Below are positions 17,072 to 20,000 of a stretch of DNA of 20,000 nt, one piece after another (position 1 is the stretch's first letter; each line of letters begins with the position of its first letter). Below the pieces are notes generated by a model. The model was not told where the DNA came from. It searched no databases and saw only the letters and a program-made list of their open reading frames with translations. Origin of the DNA: an uncultured virus (IMG/VR IMGVR_UViG_2886339191_000001) (taxonomy: Duplodnaviria > Heunggongvirae > Uroviricota > Caudoviricetes); IMG/VR virus record IMGVR_UViG_2886339191_000001, one strand, 5' to 3'. A program made the translations under genes and the position numbers.

Positions 17072-17550
17072 TTGTATTCTCGCTTTACATAGTCGGCCAG
17101 GCGCTTCTTGAACTCAGCCTTGGCCACCTCTGAGGCATCAAGGAGAGCGTGGACCGGGGCAACCGCAGTGCCCTTGGCCGTGAAGCCGTTCTCTTGCAGC
17201 TCGAAGTAAGACTTGCCGCCCGCGGCATTCGCTTCCTGCCCTCCGTCGAGCCAGCCGAAGCGACCTTGAAGCTGATCCCGGTTGACCTGGTATGCCTCGT
17301 GCTTGAAGTCGTCGATGTAGTCGCCAGTGTCAATACGGCCAGGGCGCCCTTGCCCCATCGCTTCACGTTCAATACCGGTGCGCGTAATCGACATTTCAAT
17401 ACGGTCTTGCGCAATTTCTTGCCCTGATTGCATCGCCTCCCCCATGGCACCCGACATCTCGGCCATCAGTTCGTTGCGAATGCTTTCAAGCTTCTGCCGA
17501 ATCCCATCCACAAGGGTCTTGGCGCTTTGCTGGCCAAGAGTTGTACTCAT
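17068..17550 (-). CDS. Tail completion protein, HK97 gp10-like (160 aa)
   Basis: GRIDTG and YFELQENGF motifs; ATG 17550 forms an ATGA overlap with the upstream stop, so it is preferred to 17592. Confidence 0.7.
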   Translation of the reverse strand: MSTTLGQQSAKTLVDGIRQKLESIRNELMAEMSGAMGEAMQSGQEIAQDRIEMSITRTGIEREAMGQGRPGRIDTGDYIDDFKHEAYQVNRDQLQGRFGWLDGGQEANAAGGKSYFELQENGFTAKGTAVAPVHALLDASEVAKAEFKKRLADYVKREYK

Positions 17551-17996
17551 GATGCAACCCAGACCGCAGCGGGCGTGCCAGTTGACTGGCACTCGAGCTT
17601 GTTGAGCGCAGCGATGGAGCCGGTGGGTGCGGCCAGTACAGCGAAAGCGAATTGAGTCAGGGCGGGATTGTCCCCACCCGGCAAGACTCGAACGATCATT
17701 CCCTTGCTCACTAGCGGGTCGCCGGCTTCGGGAATGAACTGGACCCGGTAGCGGACGATTCCCTGCAGGAGTCCGGCCTCAGTGGCGACCGTCGCGCCGA
17801 TCGCCTGGACGTAGGCCGCGCGCGGCGCAATCACAACGGCTGGCGTAGAGACGCCACCGGTGTCTGTCAGCGGGTCATAGGGCGTGACCGTCTCGGTCTG
17901 GGGGTCGAGCACAACGATGGTGTCTCGGAGCATTCCCGCATCGACGAGCGCGGTGCGAATTGCCCCAAGAAAGTCGGTGTCGATTTCCAGTGCCAT
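17547..17996 (-). CDS. Head closure / head-to-tail stopper-like protein (DUF6093-like, 149 aa)
   Basis: YDPLTD motif, RAAYVQ, YRVQF, GMIVRV..DNPAL; first gene of the canonical stopper-completion-terminator-tube series. Confidence 0.65.
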   Translation of the reverse strand: MALEIDTDFLGAIRTALVDAGMLRDTIVVLDPQTETVTPYDPLTDTGGVSTPAVVIAPRAAYVQAIGATVATEAGLLQGIVRYRVQFIPEAGDPLVSKGMIVRVLPGGDNPALTQFAFAVLAAPTGSIAALNKLECQSTGTPAAVWVAS

Positions 17997-18024
17997 GTGC
18001 TAAGAGTACCGGTTAGCTGGCTAT
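17997..18024 (-). promoter_or_regulatory. Candidate leaderless promoter for the tail operon with adjacent palindromic site
   Basis: TACTCT (18003-18008) is 6 nt before ATG 17996 with no SD; palindrome TTAGCTGGCTAT at 18013-18024. Confidence 0.55.
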
Positions 18025-18025
18025 T

Positions 18026-18217
18026 TCAAGCAGCGCTTCGAGGCTTCCGCGCTCGAGGGGCCATAACCCAGTCATCGACCCATTCTTCTTTTGTGCGCCA
18101 ATCAGACTTTGCTGCGGGCTGCACCCCTTTGAGTTCACCATCGCGCAGAGCATTGCGCACTGTTTCTGGGTGCCTTCCTGAATGCAGGGCAGCTTCTCTC
18201 GTGGTCATCCACGCCAT
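18026..18217 (-). CDS. xis: Excisionase / recombination directionality factor (MerR-like HTH_17, 63 aa)
   Basis: WMTTREAALHSGRHPETVRNALRDGELKG..WR winged-HTH signature; AGGAGG RBS; divergent from the integrase. Confidence 0.85.
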   Translation of the reverse strand: MAWMTTREAALHSGRHPETVRNALRDGELKGVQPAAKSDWRTKEEWVDDWVMAPRARKPRSAA

Positions 18218-18232
18218 CTTGTCCTCCTATGT

Positions 18233-18287
18233 TTAGCCAGCAAATTGAGTGTAGCGCCATTGCGTGCGGCAAAGTAAAGTGACGTGC
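18233..18287. promoter_or_regulatory. Divergent xis/int control region
   Basis: Minus-strand TACACT at 18248-18253 (xis); plus-strand TAAAGT at 18275-18280, 7 nt before the int ATG (leaderless); TTAGCCAGCAAA at 18233-18244. Confidence 0.55.
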
Positions 18288-19406
18288 ATGGCATATACCG
18301 AAATTCTCCCCTCGGGGAAGTATCGGGGGATCTACCTGTTGCGCGACGGAAGTCGGCGATCAGCAGGATCATTCCCCCATAAACGAACAGCACAAAAGGC
18401 AGCCGATGCCGCAGAGGTGGAAGCGCGCGCCCTGAAATGGCGTGACCCGCGCGCGGGCTTGCGTACTTGGGGGGACTGGCAGAAGGAGTGGTGGGCCTCT
18501 CGGGCTGTTGAGCCAGGCACTCTCTCACGCGACCTATCCGCAGTAACGAAGCACATGATGCCAAAGTGGGGTGATGTCCCGCTCTCGGACATCACGCGGT
18601 TCGCCGTAAAGTCATGGGCGGCTGAGCTGGCTAAATCAGGCCTGGCCGTCGGCACGGTACGTCGCCACGTCTACGTGTTTAGTGCGTCACTGGCTGCAGC
18701 AATGGATGCCGAGGTGATCGACTACAACCCTGCCTTCAAGATCAATCTTGTCGGCGGACATCAGGAGGTCCGGCGCTACCTCAAGGGCATTGAGCTGCAG
18801 CGACTGCTCAGCAAGTTAGATGGAGTCAACCTGGCGATGATTACTACCCAAGTTGGCACTGGGCTGCGCTGGGGCGAACTAGCTGGGCTCCAGGTCCACC
18901 GCGTCGACCTTGAGCGCGACGTTGTGCGCGTCGCTGAGGTGTGGGATGACCAGGGGCATCGGCTCAAGCCATACCCGAAAGGCAAGCGCCCACGGGAGGT
19001 CCCAATCCCCGAATGGGCGAAGCCGCTCCTCGCCCAGCAGATCGGTGAGCGCAAGGAGGGGTTCGTCTTCTCCGCGCCAGAGGGCGGCGTTGTCAGCTAC
19101 CACAACTTCCGCATCCGAGTGTGGCTGCCGGCGGCCAAGGCTGCCGGGCTCGCCGGAGCAAAAAATCACGACCTGCGCCACACCTACGCCTCCATGCTTA
19201 TCCAGAATGGTGTCCCGCTTGCCGTCGTCGGGCAGCTCCTTGGCCACCGCTCACCGCAGACCACCGCGCTGTACGCCGACCTAGAGGGGTTGCCGAGTGA
19301 CACGATCTTGAGTGGCTATGCGCGGGCCGTGATCGAACGCTTGACAATGGCGCGTGGGGATTTCGTGGGGAATTGGTCGCCAGCAAGTGCTAGTTATTCA
19401 CTGTGA
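18288..19406 (+). CDS. int: Tyrosine recombinase (phage integrase, 372 aa)
   Basis: N-terminal arm-binding region MAYTEILPSGKYRG; catalytic residues in TGLRWGEL, PKGK, HDLRHTYAS, LLGH and TALY; adjacent to a tRNA-derived att core. Confidence 0.97.
   Translation: MAYTEILPSGKYRGIYLLRDGSRRSAGSFPHKRTAQKAADAAEVEARALKWRDPRAGLRTWGDWQKEWWASRAVEPGTLSRDLSAVTKHMMPKWGDVPLSDITRFAVKSWAAELAKSGLAVGTVRRHVYVFSASLAAAMDAEVIDYNPAFKINLVGGHQEVRRYLKGIELQRLLSKLDGVNLAMITTQVGTGLRWGELAGLQVHRVDLERDVVRVAEVWDDQGHRLKPYPKGKRPREVPIPEWAKPLLAQQIGERKEGFVFSAPEGGVVSYHNFRIRVWLPAAKAAGLAGAKNHDLRHTYASMLIQNGVPLAVVGQLLGHRSPQTTALYADLEGLPSDTILSGYARAVIERLTMARGDFVGNWSPASASYSL
19353..19374 (+). repeat. Tandem 11-bp direct repeats, candidate integrase arm-type sites
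   Basis: CGTGGGGATTT directly followed by CGTGGGGAATT, about 125 bp from the att core and overlapping the int 3' end. Confidence 0.65.
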
Positions 19407-19424
19407 CTCACCGTGCTGCGAACT

Positions 19425-19455
19425 CGCAAATCCCCGGAAACACGGGGTTTTTGCG
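19425..19455 (+). terminator. Intrinsic terminator after int, possibly bidirectional
   Basis: CGCAAAT-CCCCG-GAAACA-CGGGG-TTTTTGCG stem-loop with U tract. Confidence 0.7.
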
Positions 19456-19498
19456 TGCTTGACCGTGATTGCATGTACTTCAATTTGTCCGCTAAGCC

Positions 19499-19545
19499 CA
19501 CTCGTAATGAGAAGGTCGTCAGTTCGATTCTGACAGGCGGCTCCA
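19499..19545 (+). mobile_element. att core (attR or attP): 3' half of tRNA-Thr(CGT)
   Basis: CA-CTCGTAA-TGAGAAGGTC-GTCAG-TTCGATT-CTGAC-AGGCGGC-T-CCA gives the anticodon loop (CGT), T-arm, acceptor 3' strand and CCA. The 5' acceptor strand and D-arm are missing upstream. Confidence 0.9.
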
Positions 19546-19550
19546 TGTAA

Positions 19551-19588
19551 ACAAAGGGATCGGGGGCCGCCAGTCCCGGTCCTTTTGT
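19551..19588 (+). terminator. Hairpin after the tRNA 3' fragment, likely a tRNA terminator
   Basis: ACAAAGGGATCGGGG pairs with TCCCGGTCCTTTTGT (15 bp including G-U pairs). Confidence 0.65.
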
Positions 19589-19775
19589 CTGAGGTGTAGC
19601 CGAAGGTTTAGCCGATCGACCACGATCGCTTCATCGCCATCACTACCCAGAGTGGGCAATACTGATGGTTGGCTTTCCTCAATAAGAGAGCTACAGCCAA
19701 CCAAGCAACTCGCAGCATCAACCGCACGGGAGCAACCATTACGGCATCGAAGTGACATCTGTTGCTCAACGCACG

Positions 19776-20000
19776 ATGTCTGCCGCGAATCTGCCGTTCC
19801 TGTTACTTGGCGGTGTGATTCTTTTCATCGGCGGTGCATTATTTGGGTTTTGGGCAGACTGGCAGACCTTCCGCACGCTGCCCGTTGATGCATTCCCAGC
19901 CGTGCAACTTTGGGGCGCGTCGAGTATGGGTGGTGTCATTATTTCGGTCATCGGATTTCTGATGATGCTCACCAATTTTTCTCTCAGGTGGGCGAAGTAG
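19776..20000 (+). CDS. Small membrane protein with two predicted TM helices (74 aa)
   Basis: Hydrophobic stretches LPFLLLGGVILFIGGALFGFW and MGGVIISVIGFLMMLTNF; TAG at 19998-20000; start uncertain and no clear RBS. Confidence 0.5.
   Translation: MSAANLPFLLLGGVILFIGGALFGFWADWQTFRTLPVDAFPAVQLWGASSMGGVIISVIGFLMMLTNFSLRWAK

Larger units (their letters stand above)
1..19545. mobile_element. Temperate siphophage-like element: tail module plus integration cassette; left boundary outside the window
   Basis: Contiguous, apparently intact tail morphogenesis genes next to xis, int and a tRNA att core. Confidence 0.9.

Noticed and set aside
19341..19346. Perfect TTGACA -35 inside int
   Set aside because: No TANNNT at 16-18 bp spacing.
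19470..19545. Complete tRNA-Thr gene
   Set aside because: No 5' acceptor strand complementary to AGGCGGC and no D-arm upstream, and the anticodon stem is incomplete. It is only the att fragment.
1..20000. CRISPR array, defence system, lysis cassette or contractile sheath
   Set aside because: No spaced direct repeats and no recognisable nuclease, endolysin, holin or sheath gene in the window.

Overview
The window holds the tail half of a temperate siphophage-like element, probably actinobacterial (inferred from GC content, the tRNA fragment and protein style). One minus-strand block runs from 17996 to the left edge. In transcription order it encodes a head-closure-like protein, a tail-completion protein, a tail terminator, a small ORF, two paralogous tail-tube proteins, tail assembly chaperones with a -1 frameshift, a 1879-aa tape measure protein, three minor tail proteins, a DUF859-like tail fibre, a small ORF and a truncated minor tail gene. 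Immediately upstream of this block, where adaptor, capsid, portal and terminase genes normally lie, is an integration cassette: xis, a tyrosine integrase, candidate arm-type repeats, and an att core matching the 3' half of tRNA-Thr(CGT). So this is either a phage whose integration cassette splits the virion operon at the head/tail boundary, or a tail-only integrative element; the window cannot decide. Other signals are a recurring 12-bp palindrome beside candidate leaderless promoters, a module nested inside the fibre domain, and six 27-aa repeats in the tape measure protein. All family names come from motif recognition and synteny, not database searches.
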